The notes: generated by a model not told the origin, from the letters alone. DNA of 64,000 nt from the human T2T-CHM13v2.0 reference genome, Homo sapiens (GCF_009914755.1 NC_060928.1), one strand, 5' to 3'. Counted from the stretch's first letter, positions 1 through 12,753 are shown. Numbers and translations are program-made.

Positions 1-845
1 CACCATGTAATAAGATTCAGAAAACTTCACAAACATGGAAATATGAACATTTAGACTGACATAAGGCACAGGCATGAGCAGACTGTGCCCTTTACCACCC
101 CAACCGTATAAAATAAAAGGAGATGGGGAAGAGGAAGGAATATAGTGGGCCATATTCTACTTCTCTCATCCTTGAAAACTTAAGTATTTGATGGGCATAG
201 AGAAGTCTGGGCGGTAAAGACAGAATGATCCCTCTCTAATACAGATTTAGATGATAGTCTTGCTTCCAAATATTCTGTACTCTTTTCTCTGTAACAGTTG
301 AACTATCATGGAAATTCCAGTATTTCAGCAAGTCAACAACATATACTTATGTTTTCTGTATGCCATGTGCTAGGAATACAGTAGAAAACAATATAGCTGT
401 CGTCTCTTTTATAGTGTGGATTTAGGGATGTTATTAACCTCTTATTTCCTTCCCTCTTAATTCTATGTTAGTTGAGCTCAGATGCCAAGAACTAGCTGAG
501 GATTAAAGTACCATGTCAGGACATGTAAGACAAGTGACAGTAAAGGTAGTTCAATGAATCTCACTAATAAGATAAGAAATTCATTCTTCCCTAAAGAGAG
601 AGACAGATGGTAGTGACAATGGAAAGAAAGGGAGAAGAATGCTCCCACATTTCTCCTTCCTGGAGTGTGGAGTGGATAACTGCTTCTTTCTAAGAAAACA
701 TGAAGAATCCATGAGAACCTCCACTCACTGCTAACATCAAGCTTCTGGCTCATCAATTGAGTAGAGAGAGAACACTAGAAAGAGGAGTAGGTTGGAGTGA
801 GCCAGAGAGGGGATGAATTTCTATTTTGGATGAGCTACATCCTGG

Positions 846-1209
846 TACCGTAATACATTCATCCCAAAATCTCAGGGACTTAACCCCACAAAGGTTTAGT
901 TCTTACTTCTTGTGCACACGATGTCTGTTAATGCATTTGCAGCAGCCTTCCAAGCAGTGAAATAAATCCACTCACTTTCATCTTGTGGTTCTGTTACCCT
1001 CACCAGGGCTGCCAGATTGCCCGGAGCTGTGAGATCCTTGGCATTCACAGCCTTTGCATGGAAGGGACGTATATCTCTCTTATTCACAGTCCATTGTGCA
1101 GGGCTAGTCACGTGACTTTGCATAACTGCAAGAGGGCTTGTGGTGTTATTCTCTGTGTTCAGGAAGGAAGACAGCTGGATGTTAGTGAGCACTAAGAATG
1201 TCCATCACA
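846..1209 (-). mobile_element. MaLR solo LTR (MLT1J/K-like)
   Basis: CCCAAAATCTCAGGGACTTAA...TTTAGTTCTTAC start, and CACAGTCCATTG...CTAGTCACGTGAC...AACTGCAAG...CACA end, typical of old MLT1 LTRs. Confidence 0.55.
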
Positions 1210-1282
1210 TAAATGGTGCATTTACAGTATCTGTGAAATATCCAGGTAGAACTATCCCCTAGGCAGTTGGATAGATGGGTCT

Positions 1283-1452
1283 GCAATGGCACATCTCAAA
1301 CATGTTGGTGCATAAGACTCATCTCCAGGACACTGTAAAAGATTCAGTTTCTTCAGTCCAACTCAGAGATTCTAATTCAGTAGGTCTGGAGTGAGGCTCT
1401 GGAATCTGAATTTCCAGACTCTGTAGAGACCATAATTTGATAAACACTTGTC
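1283..1452. mobile_element. MER5A-type hAT-Charlie MITE
   Basis: CAGAGATTCTAATTCAGTAGGTCTGGAGTGAGG...GAATCTG core; ends TTTGATAAACAC. Confidence 0.5.
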
Positions 1453-1534
1453 TAGAAAATTTGGCATTACATGGATGGTTCTAGCTGCCACTCAGGGAGA
1501 GGCAATCATCTATGGAAAGAAGAGAGCGGGGTGA

Positions 1535-1978
<444 letters not shown>

Positions 1979-2148
1979 TAATGACAAGGAAGTTACCCAT
2001 AACCTTAGCAGGAGCTGGACACCAGGTCCTGTTTGTTGAAGAGTGGGTGGGAATAGACCACCTGTGTGGACCATTCTTCAAGGATGTTTGGATGTAAAGA
2101 AGAGGAGAGAGGGAGGTACCTGAAGTGGGTGGGGTGTGATCAGAGGAA

Positions 2149-2306
2149 CTTTTTTTTTTTTTAATTCTTTAAGTTTTAGGGTGCATGTGCACAACGTGCA
2201 GGTTAGTTACATATGTATACATGTGCCATGTTGGTGTGCTGCACCCATTAACTCGTTATTTAACATTAGGTATATCTCCTAATGCTATCCCTCCGCCCTC
2301 CCCCCG
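2149..2306 (-). mobile_element. L1PA extreme 3' fragment
   Basis: Poly(T), then TTTAAGTTTTAGGGTGCATGTGCACAACGTGCAGG...CCTAATGCTATCCCTCC (L1PA 3'UTR); AACTTTTT on both flanks. Confidence 0.9.
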
Positions 2307-2517
2307 CAACTTTTTAAAAATGTAAGTGAGACTGGAAAATGATTAAGTGCTAATAGGAAGGAGAAGTTGAAGAAAGAGAAGACAAGAGATCCTCACTAGA
2401 TTTCCTGAGAAGACAGGAGGGGATGGAATATTGAGAACACTTTGGAAGGGTTTGCTCTAGCTCAACAGGGGAACACTCCTTCATCATCAAAGGAGGGAAA
2501 GAGGAAATAATGGTTTT

Positions 2518-2692
2518 GGGGTGCTCACTAGAATCACCTAGGAAGCTTAAAAATGTATATACTGTTGCCTGCTCTCAGCCCTAAGATTCTACTTTAATTG
2601 ATCTGCCTTACTGCCTGGATGTCAGGATTTTAAACAAGCTCTCCCAGATGGTTCTAATGAATAACCAAGCCTCCAAGGTTTTCACTGGGTTA
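2518..2692. mobile_element. MER5B-type hAT MITE
   Basis: TAGAATCACCTAGGAAGCTTAAAAA...GATTCT...AAGCTCTCCCAGATGGTTCTAATG. Confidence 0.5.
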
Positions 2693-2714
2693 GAAACAGG
2701 TCTGCTTAGGGTTT

Positions 2715-2972
2715 TTGTAGATGCTTAGGTCACAGCTTAGACAGCACTTCCTTAGAGAAGACCATCCAGGGCACCCATTAAGTTAGGCCCCTGGATGTAT
2801 GGTCCTATAGCACTGTACTTACTCACTACCTTTACTTCTAATTTCTTACAGAATGCATGTCTTCCTACTAGATTGTAAGCTTGTCGGGGCCACATCTATC
2901 CTGTTTACTACTGAATCCCAGCTAGCAGAAAGTAGACATTTCACAATATTTTTGGAGCAAATGCATCAATCA
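2715..2972 (+). mobile_element. L2 3' end
   Basis: CCTACTAGATTGTAAGCT...AATATTTTTGG...AATG, the L2 tail pattern. Confidence 0.5.
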
Positions 2973-3244
2973 GACCATCATGTGTAAGGGAGGTCACAGG
3001 ATGAAGGAACAGTGCAGTGACCTGGAACACCATGCCACGCTGCTGCAACTGTGTCGGTCCGTGGCTGTGTGTGCGTGCTCTGCACCCCTAGATGAACTCA
3101 CCAAACAGCATCTACGGAAAAGCCCATGAACTGTTGCTGCCAAGCAAAGGTGATTAAATGTAAGGTTATAACAATAGTGAGTGTTTCTCGTGTCATCAAG
3201 CATATTTTGTTTGTATTTTAAAGGTGTTTGAAGTGCAAAATTAC

Positions 3245-3784
<540 letters not shown>

Positions 3785-3996
3785 TCATGAGACTATTTAA
3801 TGGAGTATGTCTCCTTGAGGAGCCATCACAATCTGCAGGCAAGTTTGTGTACCTACATCAGTAAGAAAAGCTTTGCTTATCGCAAGAAATCTTATTTCTT
3901 CAGCCTTTGTCCAATTGTGTGTAACCACAGGCTCATTCTTATTATACAGATGCAGGACGGTTGAGTATGTGTGATTCTACATCATAATTATATAAC

Positions 3997-4904
3997 CTAA
4001 GTGTTTACAATTTTTTTGGTAAATATTTTGCATTTTGTGGGCTATGTTGAGTGTGTTTCACAACTAGTCAGCTCCACCACTGTAGTCCCACAGTATCCGT
4101 AGACAATACTTAAACAAATGAGCATGGCTGTTGTATTGATTTTATTGCTGTATAGTAAGTTACCACAAACTTAGTGGCTTAAAACAACATCCACTTATCT
4201 CACAGTTTCCATGGCCAAGAGTCAGTTTAGCTGAGTCCTCTACTCAGGGTCTCTCAAGTCTGTAGTCAAGGTGTCAGTAAGGGCTGCAGTCTCATCTGAT
4301 GTTTGTGATCCTCTTCCAAACTCCAGGGCTTACTGCAGAATTTATTTCCTTGCAGCTGGTTAACTTGTGATACCTTGCTTCTTTATAACCCTCAGGAGAG
4401 CACACCTCAGCAGGAGGCTCAGATAGGTCCCAGCCGCCCATCTTTTACGGGCTCACCTGATTAGGTCAGGCCCACTCAGAATTATTTTTCTTTGGTTACT
4501 CAAAATCAACTGGTTATGAACTTTAATTCTATCTGCAAAATCTTGTCACCTTTGCTATAAAAAGTAACATAATCACGGGAGTGACACCCCATCATATTCT
4601 CAGTCCCACCCACACTTGAGTAGAGGAGAGATTATACAGAGTGTCTATACCAGGCCATGGGAATATTGGGGCTACCTTAGAATTCTGTCTGCCACATCGG
4701 TGTTCAAATAAAACAACAAATGGATACTGAAATGTGAATAGCAGATAATTTTTCACCTGTCACAAAACTATTTTCTTGTTTTGATTATTTTCCAATTATT
4801 TTAAAATGTTATAACCATTCTTAATTTGCGGGCTTGGGGAAAAAAAACAACAAACCATGCACTAGGCTGTATTTTAATTGTGGGCTGTAGTTTGCCATCC
4901 CCTG
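3997..4904 (+). mobile_element. MER58B hAT-Charlie element split by an MLT1
   Basis: GTAAATATTTT...TAGACAATAC...AAATGAGCATGGCTG, resuming GTGTTCAAATAAAAC...GGGCTGTAGTTTGCCATCCCCTG. Confidence 0.7.
4132..4696 (-). mobile_element. MaLR solo LTR (MLT1E-like)
   Basis: TG...CA termini; TTACCACAAACTTAGTGGCTTAAAACAAC start, CTTAGAATTCTGTCTGCCACA end. Confidence 0.75.
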
Positions 4905-5689
4905 ATATAACCTGAAAAATGGAAGAAGATAGCCCAGATTGCCTGGTAAGAAGTAGGTCCCATAACCAGATGTTAGATCCAGATGACATGGCTCTGCAAC
5001 GTGGGAGCAATGCTGAAGTTTAAGGATAGCTTCTCTTGCAAGTTGCTTCCTGTGACCTGGCAGGATTTAACCTTGAATAGACAGGAGACCAAGGTCACTG
5101 ACCTAAAGGCATCTCCTGTATGAGGACATGGGGACATCTAGGAAGCTGTTCTCACCAAACATACCCCAGCTGGAAAGCCCCCAGATGCTTTCTGAAGTTG
5201 TCATCTTTGTGCTTATTGATGCAAGCTGCAGCTTCTTTGCATTTATTTGTTCCAGTGCTTATTTTCTTCAAGCCTACAAACGAATCCTCTATGGGGCTGT
5301 GCAACTTCAAATAGTCAATCAAAGATGAGAATGTTCTTTAGTTTTACTGGAAATGTAATTCTGCAGAAACAGAATTTAGGAACAACCATTAAGAGCAACC
5401 ATTGCTTTTCATATCACAAGGTACAATCATAATTTCAGATATTTGTATTGTACATCCAGGCTAATTTTCATATTATTTAAATCAAAATTTTCGACAGCAC
5501 AAATAAAAAGATTAACAACAGTGAAAAACATCCTTGTTCCAGGAGCGCAAAAAATCCTTAATACTATTGTGTGTAACATTAGATATTAGAATCATAATAT
5601 ATTTGTCTAGCCACAAATGTATTTGAACAATGTTAAAATGATGCTTGCGGCATGTATTTCTTCCTAAGGCTTCTGTTTAAGAAAGTCTG

Positions 5690-5990
<301 letters not shown>

Positions 5991-6212
5991 TGGTGCTTGT
6001 CTATCTGACAGGCACAATACAAATATTAATTTGTTCAAACCTTATAATAGCCTTTTAAAGACAGCATTATTATATATCATCCTTGATAAGAAAACTGAGA
6101 CGCTGAGCACAGTTGGCCAATATCTCCTGACTAATAACTGACTGAACTGGGATTTGAACCCCACCTATTTCATTCCAGATTCTGTGTTCTCAACCACTAT
6201 CCTCTGCTACCT
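5991..6212 (-). mobile_element. MIR
   Basis: GATAAGAAAACTGAGAC core, and CTGGGATTTGAACCC...CTCAACCACTA. Confidence 0.7.
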
Positions 6213-6335
6213 CTCCAGTATATACTACTAATAAAAATATTTTCTGAATATGCTGACATAGTTTATGATGTACAAATAATAAGATATTTTTAATGAAAAC
6301 ACGGAAATTAAAAATTCTTGAAGGTGACATCCCTC

Positions 6336-7766
6336 CAGGTGACTAACGTGCCCAATTAAATGACCATCTTTCCACTCGTCTAAGCCTCAGCAGGCTTGCG
6401 GATTATCTTGTCAGTGTGTCATCCAATATTTCTTTTTTTTTTTTCATCCAGTATTTCTAATGCTAGCTTTGAGAGTCTTTTCCAATAATGGCAATATCAG
6501 AATCTTGGTAGGGATCAGTTGCATGGTACAGATTTGCACAATTGTATTAATAATTCATCAGATTTTTTCAATTGATGTAGAAGATGTTATTGTAAAATTA
6601 TTCAAAATTTGTTACATTTCTATAATATGAGTGAAGACACTGAAATAATCCTGCGATGTTATCAAAGACAAATTTGGTCCTATTCAAACATAAGATTTCT
6701 GATACAGATGCCTGTTCTCAGAAGAATACTAATAATGTTTCGACCATCACATGCTTAGTTTTTATCAGCTGAAAAAGTTGATTGTCAAGACATTTTCCAA
6801 TGACATTAAATCAAAACAATGCCATTGCAATTTTCCATGACACTTTTTCCAAAATGGAGGGACAGAATATTTCTCCATGTGAATCTTTGCATTTTAATCA
6901 GAATTGAGGAGAAAGATAAAAATGTGAATGGTTTCACTCTAAAAATAAAATAATTTTTTAGAATACAATTGCTAATAATGTTAAATATTCATTGTGATGT
7001 AGATTTAGTGAAACTAATAAAGGGGATGGGAATTGAATTACCTACCTGTAGAGGCATATATTGAAAAGTCTTTAACAGTTTTGCTTTATTTGAAACAAAC
7101 AAGCCAACAAACAAAGATTTGTTAAAAGGCTGTGAAAAGGATGATCTGAAGAAGGCCTGGAATCATTTCTAGGATATTTTATTTTCTGTTGTTATGGAGA
7201 CTTTTAAAAACAAAATTCTTATTATTTAAATATTTGCTTACCAAGTCAAAGCAGAAGAAAACAAAATCCTCTATAAAGATTTTCATGAAAAAATATGTTA
7301 CTATTCCAATATTTCATACCACCTGGTATGACTGATTTATCGGATCATTTTTACTAACAACTTTTGGGGATTACTAAAGAAATTGATACAAAATCTCACT
7401 CAATAATCCAAATGAATTACTCAAACTTTCCAAGACATGCTTGGAAAAAATAAAGAACAAATTCTCAATTTATAAATTGAATTCTACAAATGAACACAAA
7501 AGTGGAACACCCTGCCATCTGCTTCAACAAGAATGATGAAAATGACAAGACAAAAATTGCATCAACCCCTCTGTAATTTTTGGCAGAATTTTGTACTTAT
7601 TCTCATGTACCTATATTCTTGTCAATAAAAGGTGATGGTCGAATGTATAACTCATAAAATTTGATTTTGTAATTTTTGAGGCTTTCTAAAAATAAATTCA
7701 CAAATTAAAAGTATAACTTGTCAGAACATGAAGTCAAATTTGGGCTCTAGAAATACGGTCACCATA
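6336..7766 (+). mobile_element. hAT-Blackjack DNA transposon with degenerate transposase fragments
   Basis: 6499-6660 translates, with a compensated frameshift and stops, as ILVGISCMVQI-LHNCINNSSDF-SIDVEDVIVKLFKICYISII*VKTLK*SCD, a hAT CxxH-region pattern. Right end GAAATACGGTCACCATA (7750-7766) resembles Blackjack/MER81 TIRs; left boundary uncertain. Confidence 0.7.
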
Positions 7767-7921
7767 TGAGTGTTCTGGATCAGAAAGAGCACTCTAAGTC
7801 AGAAAGGGTGAAGCAAAGACAGTCACAGTGGATGTAAATGAAAGAAAAATGAGGTGTGGGTGATTTGAGGATTAATGGGGGCTTTTTCTGTCCAGAAGAA
7901 ATGCATTGCAGACATAAGATG

Positions 7922-8287
7922 ATTCTTGATAAGGTAATAATCGCTTACTATAGTCAAACTCTAAGTACTTCAGCCAGAAACTACTGAGCACCAGGAGAGA
8001 GCTATTAGGCATTGTTAAAGCAATTGATCGCTTCCATCATTATTTGTGTGGCTGGAATTTCACAATCAGAACTTATCATGCTGCATTATGAGGCTTGCTG
8101 AAATTCACAGATTTGTAGGGACAAATTGGCTGGATGTTTACAAAACTGTAAGGCTATCATTTGCGAATTGAACATCGACAGAGAGTAAAAAAACATCGTA
8201 ATGCCCATACATTATCTAGGCACCCTGTGTTGGGATAATGCTTGTGAAGCTGACATTAGGCATGAAGAAAAGAAACAAATAGTCTAA
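7922..8287 (+). pseudogene. Fossil Ty3/Gypsy retrotransposon pol fragment (RNase H domain)
   Basis: Manual translation: DKVIIAYYSQTLSTSARNY(fs)TRRELLGIVKAIDRFHHYLCGWNFTIRTYHAAL*GLLKFTDL*GQIGWMFTKL*GYHLRIEHRQRVKKHRNAHTLSRHP(fs)CWDNACEADIRHEEK. This is collinear with the Ty3/Gypsy RNase H motif series. Confidence 0.85.
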
Positions 8288-8374
8288 CAGATCTGGTAGT
8301 TAGTGTTTTGGAACAACCAAAGGTTTCTGGCTGGGAGAGTGGAAAACACTCTTATTTCCTGAATAGAAAGTTAT

Positions 8375-8470
8375 GAAATGGTTCATTCATCCACAAATAT
8401 TTGTTGAGTGTATGCTATGTGCCAGGCACTGTCGAGGTATGAAGAATATACTAGCAAACAAGACAAATCG
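8375..8470 (-). mobile_element. L2 3' fragment, inserted within or beside the Gypsy fossil
   Basis: TTCATTCATCCACAAATATTTGTTGAGTGTATGCTATGTGCCAGGCACTG...AACAAGACA. Confidence 0.75.
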
Positions 8471-8677
8471 CAGAGCTGAGGTCCAGCAAAGGCCCAGAGA
8501 GAAAAAATATTATTTTGTGACAGTTGGATTGACTATACGTAAAAAACACCCATAAATTTTATGAAGAAGAGATGTCTAATAATATTGCCACTATTAAATA
8601 CCATCATGTGTCATGTAAATATAGTCAAACTTTAAATTTCTTTTGCATGAAAGTGGTATCTAATTGACTGAGTGTGC

Positions 8678-8992
8678 TTTTTTTTTGTTTGTTTGTTTGT
8701 TTGTTTTAAGACGGAGTCTCGCTCTGTCGCCCAGGCTGGAGTGCAGTGGCGCGATCTCGGCTCACTGCAAGCTCTGCCTCCTGGGGTTCATGCCATTCTC
8801 CTGCCTCAGCCTCCCGAGTAGCTGGGATTATAGGCGCCCGCCACCACGCCCGGCTAATTTTTTTGTATTTTTTTAGTAGAGACGGGGTTTCACCGAGTTA
8901 GCCAGGATGGTCTCAATTTCCTGACCTCGTGATCCGCCCGCCTCGGCCTCCCAAAGTGCTGGGATTACAGGCGTGAGCCACCGCGCCCCGCC
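8678..8992 (-). mobile_element. AluY
   Basis: GCAAGCTC, ATGCCATTCTCC and GTTAGCCAGGATGG diagnostics; TSD AGTGTGCTT. Confidence 0.95.
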
Positions 8993-9080
8993 AAGTGTGC
9001 TTCTTTTAAAAAATGTAATATTTAACCTTTGCACATTCCCAGAAGTTTGTTCACCTAGTTTTTCAAGAAAATTTAGGTTC

Positions 9081-9378
9081 GGCTGGGCGCGGTGGCTCAC
9101 GCCAGTAATCCCAGCACTTTGGGAGGTGAAGGCGGGCGGATCACAAGGTCAAGAGATAGAGACCATCCTGGCCAACATGGTGAAACCCCGTCTCTACTAA
9201 AAATACAAAAATTAGCTGGGCGTGGTGGCAGGCCTCTGTAGTCCCAGCTACTCGGGAGGCTGAGGCAGGCGAATCCCTTGAACCAGGAGATGGAGGTTGC
9301 AGGGAGCCGAGATCACGCCACTGCACTCCAGCCTGGCAACAGAGTGAGACTCCATCTCAAAAAAAAAGAAAGAAAAAG
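9081..9378 (+). mobile_element. AluSc
   Basis: GGTCAAGAGAT and CCTGGCAACAG diagnostics; TSD AAGAAAATTTAG. Confidence 0.93.
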
Positions 9379-9566
9379 AAAATTTAGTTCCTTATACATG
9401 GTCAACCAAATTAAAATTGATTTGCAAAAAGGTGGATTTAACATATACAACCTAGAGAAATTCCAACTTTGAGGAAAACACAAGGAAGCTCTATAGTTCT
9501 ACTTGATACCTTCTTATAGTTAAAAGTGTTTCCAAGGAATTCACAATTTTTAAAAATATAGTTCTG

Positions 9567-9758
9567 GTTTTTTTTGTTGTTTGGGGGTTTTTTGTTTTGT
9601 TTTGTTTTGAGACAGGGTCTCACTTTGTCACCCAGGTTGGAGTGTAGTGGCGTGAATATGGCTCATTATAGCCTGACCTTCCGGGCTCAAGAGATCCTCC
9701 CACCTCAGCCTCCCAAGTAGCTGGGACTACAGGCGCACACCACCACATTTGGCTGTAT

Positions 9759-9789
<31 letters not shown>

Positions 9790-9911
9790 TTTTGCAGAGA
9801 CGGGGTTTTGCCATGTTGCCCAGGCTGGTCTTGAACTCCTGAGCTCAACTGATGCACTGACCTTGGCCTCCCAAAGAGCTGGAATTAAAAGCGTGAGCCA
9901 CCACACGAACC
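9567..9911 (-). mobile_element. AluJ with (ATTT)n expanded in the linker
   Basis: GAGACAGGGTCTCAC...GGGCTCAAG and GTTGCCCAGGCTGGTC J-type diagnostics. Confidence 0.9.
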
Positions 9912-10126
9912 TATATTTCTAATGTACTGAACTCTAGATGTTGGCATTATTTCTCAGATGCACCCAGAAAATGTTCTGATAGTCTAAACAGAACTAACCC
10001 TGAAAAGCAAATAAAAATTTCTAAGCACTTCACGCAGTGCTTGGCACATAATAAGTACTTATTAAGTATTTGTAGACATGATCAAGCAAATTGGATATGA
10101 CAAATTGGCATCACAATAACTAGGTA

Positions 10127-10595
10127 GTAGGGGCAGATCCAGTTTTGTGGAACCTGAAGCTTATAAAATTGGAAGCCCCCTTTGAAAAAGGAATACAAAA
10201 TCATCCACATGAAATTAGGCATGAGGCCGGGCCCAATGGCTCATGCCTGTAATCCCAGCACTTTGGGAGTCTGAAGCAGGAGGATTGCTTGAGTCCAGGA
10301 GTCTGTGGCCAGCCTGAGCAACATAGCAAGACCCTGTTCTCTACAAAAATAAAAGTAAAAAAATTAGCCAGGCATGGTGGCACATGCCTCTAGTCCTACC
10401 CACTTGAGAGGCTGAGATGGGAGGATTGCCTGAGCCTAAAAGTTTGAGGCCACAGGGAGCTATGATTGTGCCACTGCACTCCAGCCTAGGTGACATAAGG
10501 ATACCCAGTCCCTAAAAAAATAAATAAGTAAAATAAAATTGAATTGGCATGAAACTGAATATTTAGAATGAGAAAATAAATCACTATAAATTATA
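10127..10595 (+). mobile_element. hAT-Tip100 (Zaphod/MER115-like) 5' fragment interrupted by an AluJ
   Basis: TAGGGGCAGATCCAGTTTTGTGGAACCTGAAGCTTATAAAATTGG, resuming after the Alu with ATTTAGAATGAGAAAATAAATCAC. Confidence 0.6.
10225..10537 (+). mobile_element. AluJ
   Basis: GGAGGATTGCTTGAG and CAACATAGCAAGACCC J-type diagnostics. Confidence 0.9.
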
Positions 10596-11023
10596 TTTTT
10601 TCCAGCTTTATTTGAAGTACAACTGACAAATAAAAATTGAATGAATCTATTTACTGTATAGAACATGATGCGTTGATATATGTATATGCTGTGTGTATGT
10701 CACCCTCTTCTGCCTAAAGCATACCTTCTCCCCCTTCATCTAACCAATCATTCATCTTTCAAAATGCTCCTCATCTATCACCTCTTCAAGGAAGCCTTTC
10801 CTGACACCCCCAAAGTCTGGGCTAGGTCCCACCATGTGTGCTCCCAAGATATCACCTCTACCATGACACTTACCCTACTGCACTGAAACTGGCTGTCTAC
10901 TCATCATCTGAATTCCCAACAGCTGAAGCATCTTAAAGAAAAGACCTGTGTCTTTTATCTTTATATTTCAGCGCCTAGTGCCCAGTAAACATACAATAGC
11001 TATTTGTTGAATGAATAAATGAG
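10596..11023. mobile_element. L1MA 3' fragment (minus, to ~10695) followed by an L2 3' end (plus)
   Basis: CAGCTTTATTTGAAGTACAACTGACAAATAAAAATTG; then AGGAAGCCTTTCCTGACACCC...TATTTGTTGAATGAATAAATGA. Confidence 0.6.
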
Positions 11024-11173
11024 ATTTATTGACTTTTTTTGGCATCAAACGAGTCCAGACCCTAGTGATCTCAAATCCATCATCATACTCTGCACAAACT
11101 GATTGAATATTGATCCCTTGCCATTGCTTCAAGTTAAAAAAAAAAAAAAACCTTTTGAAAATATGATGTGCAG

Positions 11174-11422
11174 GGCTGGGAGCGGTGGCTCCCGCCTGTA
11201 ATCCCAGCACTTTGGGAGGCAGAGGCGGGCGGATTGCCTGAGCTCAGGAGTTCGAGACCAGCCTGGGCAACATGGTCAAACCCTATCTCTACTAAAACAC
11301 AAAAAATTAGCCAGGTGTGGCAGCGTGTGCCTGTAGTCCCAGTTACTTGGGAGGCTGAGGCAGGAGAATTGCTTGAACCCAGGAGGCGGAGGTTGCAGTG
11401 AGCCGAGAAAAAAAAAAGAAAA
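11174..11422 (+). mobile_element. AluS lacking its 3'-terminal ~48 nt
   Basis: Ends GAGCCGAG directly into poly(A); perfect 17-bp TSD GAAAATATGATGTGCAG at 11157-11173 and 11423-11439. Confidence 0.92.
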
Positions 11423-11832
11423 GAAAATATGATGTGCAGCTATAAAACAACAAAACTGATTCTATAAGACATACATAAATACCAGGTTCATTATTTTATG
11501 ATCATCCTTCACAAATAACAATTTGAAATGACTGAGTTGCAGTCAGACTTGAACACATACTTGTTATGAAGAATTATAACTTCATTTCCTACTATAAAAC
11601 TAATTGTTGCCATTGAAAATGTTGGAAAGAAACAGGCTGGTCTAGAGAAGACTTACAAAAAAATATTCGATTTCATTTCTGTTAAAACTTTACCTGATTT
11701 TTTCCTATGTCTTAGTCTCCATGTTCTGTTTTTCAGTTCTGTTTTTCAGTGGACTCCATATCTGTGTCATCCAAGACGCCTACTGTTGACATAAAGCTGC
11801 TGCATACGTAAGACTCTACTCAATTTATTTAA

Positions 11833-12262
<430 letters not shown>

Positions 12263-12753
12263 TAATGTGAAGCTTTCACTATAAGATCATAAGACACTGC
12301 TGTAACTACCACAGGAGGAAAAAGGGATCAATACATTTCTGATTTCATAGAAATTATAATTTAATTAGGGAGATAAGATATGCAGACGTAACATGTTTAA
12401 CATCAACACTGAAGTTTAATAGCAACATGAGCCAATTATATAAAAACTCTTCTATGATTAAGTCACATCATCCTGGGCTTTTCCAGGCTCTCCCTGGGTC
12501 GGTGGGTTCACCCTCACAGGAAGCCGGGTTGTGCTAAAAGGAAAGTTTCAGAAATAGGCTAGTGTTTGAAAATGGGGCAAGTTCCCAGCCTCAATTGCTT
12601 CATCTTATATACTCATAGAATGATGGGGAAATGTGTGTCTCCCTCTTTACCCCTCCCTTTTGTGTAGAAAATGCCCTCAGTGGGCTCAGTGGGTATCAGT
12701 GCCACAGGTGAGCATAGTAACCCTGACGGTCCCTTACAAGGTTGGCAGCGTGA

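Noticed and set aside
6221-6335. YY..IFSEYADIV resembling the Gypsy RT thumb (YYRRFI.NFA.IA)
   Set aside because: Needs a frameshift and matches only a few residues in AT-rich DNA; not supportable by eye.
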